Source of the DNA: Candidatus Thorarchaeota archaeon
Lineage (GTDB): Archaea; Asgardarchaeota; Heimdallarchaeia; Hodarchaeales; Hodarchaeaceae
Reading direction: 5' to 3'
Assembly (NCBI GenBank): GCA_048882505.1
Contig: JBHLRO010000001.1
Location: 1-32,000, forward strand
Length of the DNA stretch: 32,000 nucleotides
The translations under genes and the position numbers were made by a program. Each line of letters starts with the position of its first letter. Within the stretch, counting starts at the first letter, position 1. The notes beneath the pieces were generated by a model. The model was given only the letters and a program-made list of their open reading frames with translations, ran no database searches and had not been told where the DNA came from. Positions 20,101 to 28,060 of the stretch are shown piece after piece.

Positions 20101-23100
20101 TGAATGACACAATTAGCATGCCAAAAGGCTCAGTTTTTTGGTATGTTGTAACGGTCAACGATACTGCGGGCAACCCAGTTACTACCTCTCCTGTACCGGC
20201 CGTTATTCCAGATATTAACCATGCTCCCGAGGCACAAAACCTGGCCCTTTCGCGGGATAACTCTCTCATTCTATTGCCAATCCTTAGTAATTCGACATTA
20301 TATCTCCATTATGATTTTTACGATGCGGATAATGATAGCGAGGGTGGTACGGAAATTCGCTGGTATAAAAACGGAGTTCTACAAAGTCCCTACAATGATT
20401 TGAAGCAGATAAGCAATACAAGCGCCTTAATAAAAGGAGATGTTTGGAATGCCACGGTAAGACCCAAAGATGGACAAGATTTTGGGAACCTAGAGATCGC
20501 AGCTAATATAACAATCCAAAACACTCCACCTGTTGTCCAAAGTGTTATTATCCCGACAAGCATATCGATAGATAATCTTACGCTATCTAATGTTACCATA
20601 GATGAGGATAGTGATTCAATTCTTTTCTATGAAACTAAATGGTATCGTAATTCGACTTATTTATCAAACTTTGATAATCTCATTCTAATCACATTCAACA
20701 ATACGAAGAAAGGCGAAACATGGTTTTGCGAAATTCGAGCTTATGATGGGACGAATTATTCGCAATGGGTATCCTCAAATACTATTACAATTGATAACAC
20801 GCCTCCATCTGCATCCGATTTAGTCCTTTCTCCATTGAATCCAAATACAAGCAGTTTACTCACCGCAAGCTGGACTTTTGCGGATGCCGATAATGATAGC
20901 GAGTCCAATTATTATATTCAGTGGTATCGTTGGGATACTCTTCAATCAGTGTATGATAATCTAATAAACTTGCCTTCTACCGCAACAGCGAAGAATCAAG
21001 AGTGGTATTTCAAATTAATAGTGAATGACGGGGAAGGCAACTCAACAACATACTCCTCACCAAAGGTAATAATTCAAAATACTCCTCCCGCAGCCTCAAA
21101 TCTGATCATTACCGTAGATCCTTTCACCTCTACTCCCTTATCTTCCAGCTGGACTTTTAATGATGCGGACGGAGATAGCCAGCCGAGTAATAGTTGGATT
21201 ATCTTTTGGTATAAGAATAACATCTTACAATCCCAATACGATAATTTGACCACCATACCTGCCAGTGGGACAACTAAAGGAGAAGTTTGGAATTACACCT
21301 TGAAAGTGTTCGACGGGACAAATTATTCCATACAGTATAATTCCTCTATTAGCATCATTAAGAACTCCATCCCAATAGCTTCAGGCTTGACTATTACATT
21401 AAGTCCGACTACAACGGAAAACATAACAGCTGGTTGGAATTATGATGATGATGACAATGATCCTCAAAATACAAACTGGATTATTTATTGGTATAAAGAT
21501 AATTCATTGATGACTTCTTATACTAATCAGACCGAGGTACCAGCCAGTGCTACGATTAAAGGAGAGGTCTGGAATTATACATTGAAAGTCTTCGATGGAG
21601 AAGCTTATTCTATAACCTACAACTCAAGTATTTCACTAATAGTTAACACAGCTCCTTCAGTAATAAATCCAACATTTAATAAAACCAGTGGCGTTACCAC
21701 AGGCGACTCAATTAATGTGACATATGGTTATTTTGATCCAGATAATGATTTGGAAGTCACAACTGAAAGAGTGGTGTATTGGTATCAAAATAGCATCTAT
21801 CGCGTGGACAAAGAAAATCAGACGATCCTATATGATTCCGAAACAACATCAGGTGAATATTGGCAATATCAAATTAGAGTTTATGACGGTGTTGAATGGA
21901 GCCAAAACTTTACCTCAACCTTAGTGGTAATTGGAAATGCCCCAAATAACATCCCCGAAATCCAGAATATAACTTTTACAGGGAATGAAAACACAACATT
22001 AGATGATTTGATTCTTAGTTACGATTATTTCGATCTCGATGGGCATTTACAGAGCAATAGAGAGATCTTTTGGTTTAAGAATGGAGTAATTCAAGCTGCA
22101 TTAAACGGTTCGACCATTATCGATTCGAGTCTTACCAAGAAGGGTGAGATCTGGAATTGCACAATCAGGGTATATGATGGGCTTAATTGGTCACTTCTAT
22201 ACAATGCCAATCAAATTACAATCCAAAATGCCATGCCAACGACTACCGACATTAGTAACACCATAGATCCCACAACTGATCAGGATCTGATTGCGGGATG
22301 GACATATTTCGATGCAGATAACGATCCACAAAACAGCAGTTGGATTGTACGTTGGTATAAGAATGGGCAGCTGCAGACGCTGTTAAATGATTCCGCAATA
22401 ATAAAATCAGGTAATACAACCAGAGGAGAAACCTGGAATTTCACATTAAGAGTTTTTGACGGAACGGATTATTCTATTCAATATAATTCCTCTCTAATTC
22501 AGATTTTCAATTCACCTCCATCAATAGCTAGTCCCTCCTTTAACAAAACCGTTGGGGTTACTTCAGACCATTCCATTGAAATCTCTTATAGTTTTAATGA
22601 TATCGATGGCGACTCAGAAGATGTTAGCTATAGAATTGTTTACTGGTATAAAGATACTATCTACCAAGCTTTAAAACTGAATCATTCGATTTTGTTCTGG
22701 CAGGATACAGTTGAAGGAGAAGTTTGGTATTATATGGTAAGAGTATTCGATGGTACAGCCTATAGTGTGAATTTTACTTCGACTCCGGTTTCAATCGGAG
22801 CCTCCACCAATGATCCGCCAATAGCTGAAAATCTGTCTCTTACCCTCAATCCTACAACGCTGGACAATTTAATTGCATTTTATGACTATTTTGACAATCA
22901 AAGTCACCCTGAGGCTGGATCATTGATTCGCTGGTATCAGAATGGCCAATTACAGAGTCATCTTAATGATACAAAATTAATACCTTCAAGTGAAACCAGT
23001 AAGGGCGATATTTGGTATTTTACCCTCCGTCCAAAGGATGGCCGAGATTATGGACTTCTTGTAACTTCATTCAATGTTACAATCTTGAATTCAAAACCAA

Positions 23101-25136
23101 CGGCATCGAGCTTAAGTCTTAATCCCTCTCCTAGCACAATTGATGATTTAACTGCAACCTGGCTGTACAACGATGCGGATAATGACATCGAGGACAATAA
23201 TTGGATCATCGGATGGTATCGAAATAATCAGCTACAGGCTGCTTATAACAATTTGAAAACAATTCCATCTATGATTACCTCAAAAGGGGATTCCTGGAGA
23301 TTTACCTTACGAGTATTCGATGGAGAAAATTATTCAATTCAATATAATTCCTCATCAATGATTATATTAAATACAATTCCGATAATAACAGAATATAGTT
23401 ATGGCTTCGACCCAAATAACAGTCATGTAGATCCAGATATAAGAACGTCCTTAACAAATCAGATCTTCTTTATAGACGATGAAGATTTATCAATCTACTA
23501 TAAATTCGAAGACCCAGACTTTCCGATTGACCAAGATAAGTCGTTAATTCAATGGTATTATCAGCTTGAGTCTGGAACGTGGATTGAGATTTTGGCCTAT
23601 CAAAATTCAACTTCTATACCTCATTCGGAAACCTATCCAGGAGATCGCTGGAAATGTGTTATTACTCCATTTGATGGAACAGATATTGGAACTGGAACTG
23701 CACTCCCAGAATTAGTAGTCGAAAGCCGACCCAAGATTATTGATTTTATCATAACACCACTCGTTGAGGATCAAGAAGGAAGCTATTATTATGACGAGGG
23801 TATGTACAACCTGACGATCGTTGCCACCAATCTTATCCCGATTGATGGCATCGCAATCACTCTGAATGATAGTCTTGGAGTTTTATACCATGCTAGTAAA
23901 GCCGCAAACAATGACTCTGTTTGGATGTTAATATACCAATTACCCAAAGAAGATTTCACGACGAAATATCTCGAAACCAAACTAAGTGTAGAGATCAAGG
24001 CAAGCAGTGTCGTCACTTACAACTCTAGAGACTTCAGTATCTATGCCCTTTATATGGACTCATTTGTTGTAGAGGATCGCTCTCCCCCCCGAGTTGAGGG
24101 AATGCCACGATTTGAGTTTAATGATGAACTAAATCCCACCAATATAACATTTTATACCGATATTGTTGATTACGGGTCTGAAATAGCAGAGGTTGTATTA
24201 TACTATTATTTCCAAGAGTTCAATTCTTCAGGGGGCACGGGTTCAGCCATAGGGCAGAATTGGCGATCTACAAAAATGTCTAAGGTCGGCGAAAATGGAG
24301 ATATCATCAAATATGCGGTCACAGTTAGGTTTGATCACAATCAAACGTCACGCGAAATAATTTACTATATCGAGACAATGGACTCACTAGGAAATAGAGG
24401 TATAGCGTATAATATTAACAATGATCCGGAGAGGATCGACGAAACTCGATTTACATATTCTCCACCAGGGATCGATCCAACATTTGTACTAATAATAATC
24501 GGGATAACAATCATTTCCGCCATCTTTGGTTCAATTGTGTATGTCAAATTCATAAGAAAGCCTGAGATCGTTGGTCTCGACAAAGAACTAGTGCTAGGTT
24601 CATGCTCAGATGTTGATGAAACTGAAATAAGGAATTCCTGGGATGAACATACCGTTGGAATTGTGGTTTCTTTCTTTGATCAACGACATGGCCCGATCCC
24701 AATAATTGTTGAGCCTGCAATTCTGAACGATAATTTTAGAAAACTTGTTGATCTATCTGATCGATCTTTCAGCAGCACGGGATTTTGTGACGAATTCAGT
24801 CGGGAAATCTCTTCGAGCTACGACTTTGTATTAAGTCACGGGGCTCGGATTAAATCGATGACTTTTGGTTTTGCCCTAAACAGACCCAATTCGCGTGGAA
24901 AACAAGAAGACCTTACGTTAAATGTTTTAATTCATCAGGAATTATTCCCATTGGTCAATCAATTTCTGGATGAAATTCAGGCGAAAGTACATATTCTCCA
25001 TATCAAAATGGATGAAAACCCAGAAGACAAGGACGAAATCAGAAGAATGATTATTCATGTTCGAAAATATGTTTCCCAAATCGTTTTATCCTATGAAAAG
25101 ATATATGGAACAACAGAGTTGATAAAGGAAGAATAA
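14121..25136 (+). CDS. 3671-aa single-pass type I membrane receptor/adhesin: signal peptide, 5 DUF2341+LamG modules, 12 Ig/cadherin-like repeats plus further beta domains, TM helix (24483-24545), cytoplasmic longin/uDENN-like domain
   Basis: N-terminal KSKKIVLTLFFTIYFLHVLAVV; modules start near 14406, 15450, 16497, 17568 and 18591; repeats 20215-23720; TM FVLIIIGITIISAIFGSIVYV followed by KFIRK (positive-inside); tail GIVVSFFDQRHGPIPII ... FGFALNRPNSRGKQEDLTLNVLI. Confidence 0.93.
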   Translation: MKSKGSFEMSKSKKIVLTLFFTIYFLHVLAVVIPIQEEGFLNSNEFTAGFLRGFGLSGEKRGDRIVPRLSRSSNGEATRASSGVHFKPSSYFIPGWADTRFGSRKNITINAAKVSADLTNFPVLIDLYDPDLQNNAQASGNDIFFTDSTGYTLYHEIELYDRVYNSTHAHLVAWVRTNLTASQNTLISMYYDNPTAVNRVNPKSVWDDQYVGVWHLKEDPSASSPQIKDSTSYGNDGVAQGGLNTSGQISAKMDGGMDFWGSQNINLGNDQSLDITQELTVDLWVNLDIDASTGSWPPIIGKGDGDSFNGWMLFQLEQSHTLKFVYKNSTSPNWILSTGEPSTLQLDTWHHIVVTFSVSQGVARLYIDGSVFDTSFNIAEILSSSDSLFFSKNTFSFDGSLDEVRISKVARSADWITTQYNNQYDPSSFYSLGIEQNRPTFKSWPFPSMRYRKNVTIDSGRISSDLTNFPFLLNLSDSDLHDKQEVQIDGGDILFADSSGVQLDHEIEFFDKNYNTSHAQLVVWIRVPFLSSSTDTVISMYFGNPTIENQENPAGVWDASYLSVWHFDEEGNGSRYDSTSNNNDGTPFNYEGDEAVLGKIGGSDKLDGIDDYIEVNKSGSIKGLSQVTFEGWINIGDLSGSSQNIYIETIQNTIDTRFIVHISTSNSLRFAGRAPDSDSVTLWGFVATISTSTWYHIVAIFDSLNDIQYLYLNGVEYSTALSEPSIDNGDPLKPPSIGGLEGADLFNGTIDEFRVSATARNLDWITTEYDNQNNPTTFYTVGPLKTPSPVGNWAFPWLSYKKDLTINSNAISGTLDNFPLLVRLDDTDLASSSIVQDDGDDIAFADDLGNRLDHEIEFFDKTHNSSYARLVAWVRIPYLSNITETTISMYYGSLLTGPQENPAGVWDSNFKGIWHLNEISSIGPPQIRDSTDYSNDGYTYGSMNVGSQMEGQIDGSLKFDGVNDFINCTNSTSLNMGSGDFTFAMWFKSSTSGATTRLGGKGATAFGGKRYSLELRDTGSVKGEIDDDFTKVEVTSSGTNYNDGNWHYVVLVRDGNNLRLYLDGTEDPNSPADITGIGGLDDSNAFYIGTQYDNVILDVFQFFNGSIDEVSISNTSRSADWILSRWTNHVSSDSFYIVRNLEKNPFIDDWAYPWLQYRKYIQVDSTKISGRMYDFPLLINISDVDLHDSNKVQIDGSDIAFGDTNGMRIPHEIEYFSQAGNGTHAYLVAWAKVPLLSMSTANYILMYYGNTAVYNQENGTGVWNSNYAGVWHLGDDPSPYYIDSTANNNHGVALNSPLNDTSSKIDGGVSFDDSNDRGINISHSSSLAISTNIMVSTWIKTTDSDADVGVVVNKWGNPIGERNYWLGKLNAQVFAFYVDDNYSVQYDLSRFNDGEWHYIVCTAADNGILIMYLDGIPVNSTSWDGISTTGTNDLHIGKPVETTFQEFNGDVDEVRISKIVRSREWVRTEYINQLDPSSFYTLGTEEESLQWWDASYSMRMDIGIDNSKVSGNLFEFPLLVNITDSNLKSGNIQADASDLLFTEWKGNKLNHEVEFFSQDSIEGHLIAWVQLPTLSNSQYNLISMYFNNPDLPDQANPTGVWDTYFKGVWHLSEDPSISQMKDSTFYNNDGTTSNLASDDQESGQIDGSLDFDNVNDQVNFGDKSSLNMGSGDFSLSLWFNYDGVDKGPLAGKGSYGSNGIRYYIAVDTTAGLIKGEIDDNGGSGKKNITSTSTYADNLWHHAVLVRDGANLRFYIDGSEISSSPVDITGYGSLDLALPFYMNTLASDTGGTLSDWSSSKLDEVRVSNLARSGNWISASYSNQRNASSFYVISSVLSYDLSPPVINDFGVDDLGIGTGIFWADVSDEGSNIVTVDVRINGSDFSMSFNGTHWIYQQLVILGALYEIQIFNASDSKGNYLFAPSNLKQIYFTNDFIAPTVDDWDYFDNIGPYGTFRANVSDSWGTIDTVLVNVTMLNSVPRNDLWAVMVSNGTSYVNDTISMPKGSVFWYVVTVNDTAGNPVTTSPVPAVIPDINHAPEAQNLALSRDNSLILLPILSNSTLYLHYDFYDADNDSEGGTEIRWYKNGVLQSPYNDLKQISNTSALIKGDVWNATVRPKDGQDFGNLEIAANITIQNTPPVVQSVIIPTSISIDNLTLSNVTIDEDSDSILFYETKWYRNSTYLSNFDNLILITFNNTKKGETWFCEIRAYDGTNYSQWVSSNTITIDNTPPSASDLVLSPLNPNTSSLLTASWTFADADNDSESNYYIQWYRWDTLQSVYDNLINLPSTATAKNQEWYFKLIVNDGEGNSTTYSSPKVIIQNTPPAASNLIITVDPFTSTPLSSSWTFNDADGDSQPSNSWIIFWYKNNILQSQYDNLTTIPASGTTKGEVWNYTLKVFDGTNYSIQYNSSISIIKNSIPIASGLTITLSPTTTENITAGWNYDDDDNDPQNTNWIIYWYKDNSLMTSYTNQTEVPASATIKGEVWNYTLKVFDGEAYSITYNSSISLIVNTAPSVINPTFNKTSGVTTGDSINVTYGYFDPDNDLEVTTERVVYWYQNSIYRVDKENQTILYDSETTSGEYWQYQIRVYDGVEWSQNFTSTLVVIGNAPNNIPEIQNITFTGNENTTLDDLILSYDYFDLDGHLQSNREIFWFKNGVIQAALNGSTIIDSSLTKKGEIWNCTIRVYDGLNWSLLYNANQITIQNAMPTTTDISNTIDPTTDQDLIAGWTYFDADNDPQNSSWIVRWYKNGQLQTLLNDSAIIKSGNTTRGETWNFTLRVFDGTDYSIQYNSSLIQIFNSPPSIASPSFNKTVGVTSDHSIEISYSFNDIDGDSEDVSYRIVYWYKDTIYQALKLNHSILFWQDTVEGEVWYYMVRVFDGTAYSVNFTSTPVSIGASTNDPPIAENLSLTLNPTTLDNLIAFYDYFDNQSHPEAGSLIRWYQNGQLQSHLNDTKLIPSSETSKGDIWYFTLRPKDGRDYGLLVTSFNVTILNSKPTASSLSLNPSPSTIDDLTATWLYNDADNDIEDNNWIIGWYRNNQLQAAYNNLKTIPSMITSKGDSWRFTLRVFDGENYSIQYNSSSMIILNTIPIITEYSYGFDPNNSHVDPDIRTSLTNQIFFIDDEDLSIYYKFEDPDFPIDQDKSLIQWYYQLESGTWIEILAYQNSTSIPHSETYPGDRWKCVITPFDGTDIGTGTALPELVVESRPKIIDFIITPLVEDQEGSYYYDEGMYNLTIVATNLIPIDGIAITLNDSLGVLYHASKAANNDSVWMLIYQLPKEDFTTKYLETKLSVEIKASSVVTYNSRDFSIYALYMDSFVVEDRSPPRVEGMPRFEFNDELNPTNITFYTDIVDYGSEIAEVVLYYYFQEFNSSGGTGSAIGQNWRSTKMSKVGENGDIIKYAVTVRFDHNQTSREIIYYIETMDSLGNRGIAYNINNDPERIDETRFTYSPPGIDPTFVLIIIGITIISAIFGSIVYVKFIRKPEIVGLDKELVLGSCSDVDETEIRNSWDEHTVGIVVSFFDQRHGPIPIIVEPAILNDNFRKLVDLSDRSFSSTGFCDEFSREISSSYDFVLSHGARIKSMTFGFALNRPNSRGKQEDLTLNVLIHQELFPLVNQFLDEIQAKVHILHIKMDENPEDKDEIRRMIIHVRKYVSQIVLSYEKIYGTTELIKEE
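14400..19635 (+). repeat. Five tandem DUF2341+LamG modules (~1020-1070 nt each)
   Basis: Same motif series five times (RKNITI/RKNVTI/KKDLTI/RKYIQV/RMDIGI; (N/D/E)FP; HE(I/V)E; AW(V/A)/VWI; VWH(L/F); W(H/Y)(H/Y); DE(V/F)(R/S)(I/V)S). Confidence 0.85.
14457..14495 (+). repeat. 39-bp exact inverted repeat, copy 2 (partner at 6427..6465)
   Basis: Base-by-base identity with the reverse complement of 6427..6465. Confidence 0.95.
20215..23720 (+). repeat. Twelve tandem ~95-aa Ig/cadherin-like repeats with acidic DxDxD loops
   Basis: Starts NHAP, NTPP, NTPP, NTPP, NSIP, NTAP, NNIP, NAMP, NSPP, NDPP, NSKP, NTIP; loops DADNDSE, DADGDSQ, DPDNDLE, DIDGDSE; core KG(E/D)xW...V(F/Y)DG..YS. Confidence 0.85.
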
Positions 25137-25192
25137 TCTTTAAGAGAACGAAGGGTTCAAAATCGTTGGAATTTGAGTGAGCGTGATATGGG

Positions 25193-26095
25193 GTGACTTC
25201 ACAACCTCCCACACAAAAAGTCCTTTTCATGGGGCTCGGGGCATCAGGGAAAAGTAGTATTCGTGCCGTAGCTTTTGAAGGAAAATCGCCCATCGATGTA
25301 ACAGACTATCGGGCGACTATCAACTATACGCGTTCATCGAAACACATTATTGACAGTGCATTTCAAATCTTTGACTGTGGCGGCCAAGAATCATTTATCT
25401 CAGCCTTCGTAGGAGAACAAGCGGAGTTTATATTCTCAGATGTCGATCTTCTAATCTGGGTTGTGGATGTATCCGACTTTGATCAAGTTTCAACATCCAA
25501 ATTTTATTTCGACCAAGCTGTTAGACGCCTAGATGAATACTCCCCTCGGGCAGAAATCTTTTGTTTCTTCCATAAAATAGACCTGATTCTTTTAAACATG
25601 AAAGAACAAATACTGGAAACTATGAAATCATATTTTGTTCCTAATCGAGGAAATTTCGTGGTTCATTATAAAGGGACTTCTATCTTTGACCAAAGTATCT
25701 ATTCCGCTGTCGGGGAAATTGTACAAGGCATTATTCGAAAAAACACTAAAGCAAAAACAGTAAGTGAAGCAATCCAAGAATTTGTTGAAGCAAATAAAGA
25801 ACTATCCGGGATTGCCGTTTATACAGAGGAGGGATTGCCAGTTTTTGAAGAAGGAGATTTAGCCAATCTGATAGTTGTTCCCGCAAACCTATTGTTAACA
25901 AGCCTAGACCGTCTTGTAACTGAGTTTAGATCTGATACGTTTAAAACCACCATGGAAACAAACGACTATCTTTTTATCTTTCAGAGAATTAAATCAGAGC
26001 TTCTACTTACGGGTGTCGCTCATAAAATTGCTCCTCTTCAATACATGATGGTGAAGATGGATCAGTTGGCTGGACTTGTAGAGGATTTGCTATAG
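25193..26095 (+). CDS. Rag/Gtr1-like small GTPase with C-terminal roadblock domain (paralog 1)
   Basis: G1 GLGASGKS, G2 RATIN, G3 DCGGQ, G4 HKID, G5 TSIFD match the RagA/Gtr1 pattern (GxSGSGKS, GATID, WDCGGQ, HKMD, TSIWD); the tail (SGIAVYTEEGLPV) fits a roadblock fold; GTG start. Confidence 0.9.
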   Translation: MTSQPPTQKVLFMGLGASGKSSIRAVAFEGKSPIDVTDYRATINYTRSSKHIIDSAFQIFDCGGQESFISAFVGEQAEFIFSDVDLLIWVVDVSDFDQVSTSKFYFDQAVRRLDEYSPRAEIFCFFHKIDLILLNMKEQILETMKSYFVPNRGNFVVHYKGTSIFDQSIYSAVGEIVQGIIRKNTKAKTVSEAIQEFVEANKELSGIAVYTEEGLPVFEEGDLANLIVVPANLLLTSLDRLVTEFRSDTFKTTMETNDYLFIFQRIKSELLLTGVAHKIAPLQYMMVKMDQLAGLVEDLL

Positions 26096-26101
26096 GTACC
26101 A

Positions 26102-27523
26102 CTATTGGCTTTTTTTCCAGATTGTTCCATTTGGTTTGTCTTCAAGCTGAATTCCTTGTTCAAGTAATCGGGCTCTGATCTTATCAGCAATTTCGTATTG
26201 CTTGGCGTCCCGAAGCTCGTTTCGAAGGGAGATCAATAGTTCTATAAGGCCTGCAACTGAAGCTGTGCCTTCTTGAAAATCCCTTAGTTGAATACCGAGA
26301 ATTCCCATCATCAGGATGATTTTACCGCACGCTTCATCGAGAATACTTTTCTCGTTATCTAATGAGGCATTAACCTTTTTAACGAAGTGGAGAATAGCCT
26401 GCAACGCACCTACAGTGTTTAGATCATCGTCCATAGCAGATACAAATTCTTGTTCTACCAAGGTAATTGCATTTTGGAGATTGCGGTTTGTCCCCCCCTT
26501 AGAGCTTTGAAGTGAAGCAATAGTGGTACGAATCCGCGATAGAAGAGTTTTAGCTTGCTCAAAGACTTGCTGATTAAAGTCAACGCTTTTACGGTAGTGT
26601 GAGTTTATCAAAAATAAACGAACAGCCATCGGGTCGTGTTCTTGTAGAAGATCTCGCACAAGAATGTAGTTTCCTTTCGATTTACCCATTCTTTCTCCCT
26701 CTACCGTAAGAAAAGCAGCATGTAACCAGTAATTGACGAATTTTTCCCCAGTTCGACTCTCCGATTGGGCAATTTCGTTGGGATGATGGAGATGTAAATG
26801 ATCAATTCCGCCCGCGTGAATATCTATGGTAGTTCCCAAGTACTTTTGTGACATTACGGAGCATTCCAAGTGCCATCCAGGATATCCCAGACCCCAAGGG
26901 GAAGGCCACTTCATCAGGTGCTCTGAAGGCGCCTTGATCCATAGTGCAAAATCCCTTGGGTTACGTTTCTCTGGATTTATAGCAACTCTGGCCCCTTCCG
27001 ATTCTTCTGTATAAGTTGTAGGACTCAACTCTCCGTATTTTGGAAACTTGGTTATATCAAAATAGACCGAGCCATTCACCTCATAAGCAAATCCACCATC
27101 TAACAGGTCCTTAATAAACTCTATCATTTCTGGAATCTCTGCCGTCGCCCGTGGGTAAATATCCGCTCTTTGAATGTTCAGGGCATCCATTTCTTCAAAG
27201 AAACGTCTAATCTGATTCTCGATCAGCACCATTGGTTGAGTTTCTTTTGCAATGGCTGATTTAATTATTTTATCTTCGCCCGAATCGGCATCATCGGTCA
27301 AATGTCCAACATCGGTAAAGTTTTGTACCCAAAAAACATCAAATCCACGCCAACGGAGATATCGGACTAATACATCCCAAAAGGAATAGGTTCTAGCGTT
27401 TCCTACGTGTGCATCCTGGTAAACTGTCTGGCCACACGAATAAAAACGAACTTTATCATCCACGATAGGAATAAATTCTTCCTTTCGTTGCGTTAGAGAA
27501 TTGTATAGTTTCATATGGACCAC
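26102..27523 (-). CDS. cysS: Cysteine--tRNA ligase
   Basis: CGQTVYQDAHVGNA (HIGH-like), NFTDVG, DFALW, PGWHLECS, DIHAGGID..HHPNEIAQ, RMGKSKGN (KMSKS-like), C-terminal ADKIRARL; likely true start ATG at 27514. Confidence 0.97.
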   Translation of the reverse strand: MVHMKLYNSLTQRKEEFIPIVDDKVRFYSCGQTVYQDAHVGNARTYSFWDVLVRYLRWRGFDVFWVQNFTDVGHLTDDADSGEDKIIKSAIAKETQPMVLIENQIRRFFEEMDALNIQRADIYPRATAEIPEMIEFIKDLLDGGFAYEVNGSVYFDITKFPKYGELSPTTYTEESEGARVAINPEKRNPRDFALWIKAPSEHLMKWPSPWGLGYPGWHLECSVMSQKYLGTTIDIHAGGIDHLHLHHPNEIAQSESRTGEKFVNYWLHAAFLTVEGERMGKSKGNYILVRDLLQEHDPMAVRLFLINSHYRKSVDFNQQVFEQAKTLLSRIRTTIASLQSSKGGTNRNLQNAITLVEQEFVSAMDDDLNTVGALQAILHFVKKVNASLDNEKSILDEACGKIILMMGILGIQLRDFQEGTASVAGLIELLISLRNELRDAKQYEIADKIRARLLEQGIQLEDKPNGTIWKKSQ

Positions 27524-27577
27524 GGATCTAATATGGCTTTTCTTGCGTAACTGATAGATTCTGAGTTGTCTCTCATG

Positions 27578-27621
27578 TTACCAGAAGAAATAGATAGAGA
27601 GAGGGGGCAGACTTCTGGTAA
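27578..27621. promoter_or_regulatory. 10-bp perfect inverted repeat (ttaccagaag/cttctggtaa, 24-nt spacer) upstream of cysS
   Basis: Seen directly at 27578-27587 and 27612-27621. Confidence 0.3.
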
Positions 27622-27966
27622 GAAGAGAATGTTCCTAGCAACAACAAAATCCAGAAGCCTGATTAAGCATCTTGATCGATTGGGATTTTTATCCTGTTTT
27701 TTTAAATCTTTTGAGGAAATGATCTAGGTACCCTCACTAAGGTGTGGTTGGAATCTCAATACCGAAGTAACCCGTAATCATTTGATCACGATGATAATGG
27801 AGCGTCTTATCCGTTCTTGTAGTATTTCATAGCATTTCAGGATTTTTGAAATCGAAACATCTGGTGAGTCTGATGTAAGGATGATAAATGGCTAGATCGC
27901 AAGAGAAATTAATCTAGTTCACCTTTTAACCAGTGACCTTATGGGCTCAGATGAATGACGTGAGAA

Positions 27967-27990
27967 ATTTCAGTTTCAAAACACTGAAAT
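27967..27990. promoter_or_regulatory. 8-bp inverted repeat (atttcagt-N8-actgaaat), possible operator upstream of the longin gene
   Basis: Seen directly, about 55-70 nt before the likely start region. Confidence 0.25.
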
Positions 27991-28060
27991 ACTAAAGATA
28001 CAAGAAATCAACATAAATAGTCCAGAAGTTATTCAATCAACGAAATGAAAATCGACGGTA

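Noticed and set aside
14121-24545. Direct homology of the receptor to metazoan neurexin or Flamingo/CELSR
   Set aside because: DUF2341+LamG modules and these Ig-like repeats are widespread in prokaryotes; only the overall layout is analogous
1-25136. Diversity-generating retroelement acting on the giant surface proteins
   Set aside because: No reverse transcriptase gene and no template/variable repeat pair with adenine-specific mismatches in the window
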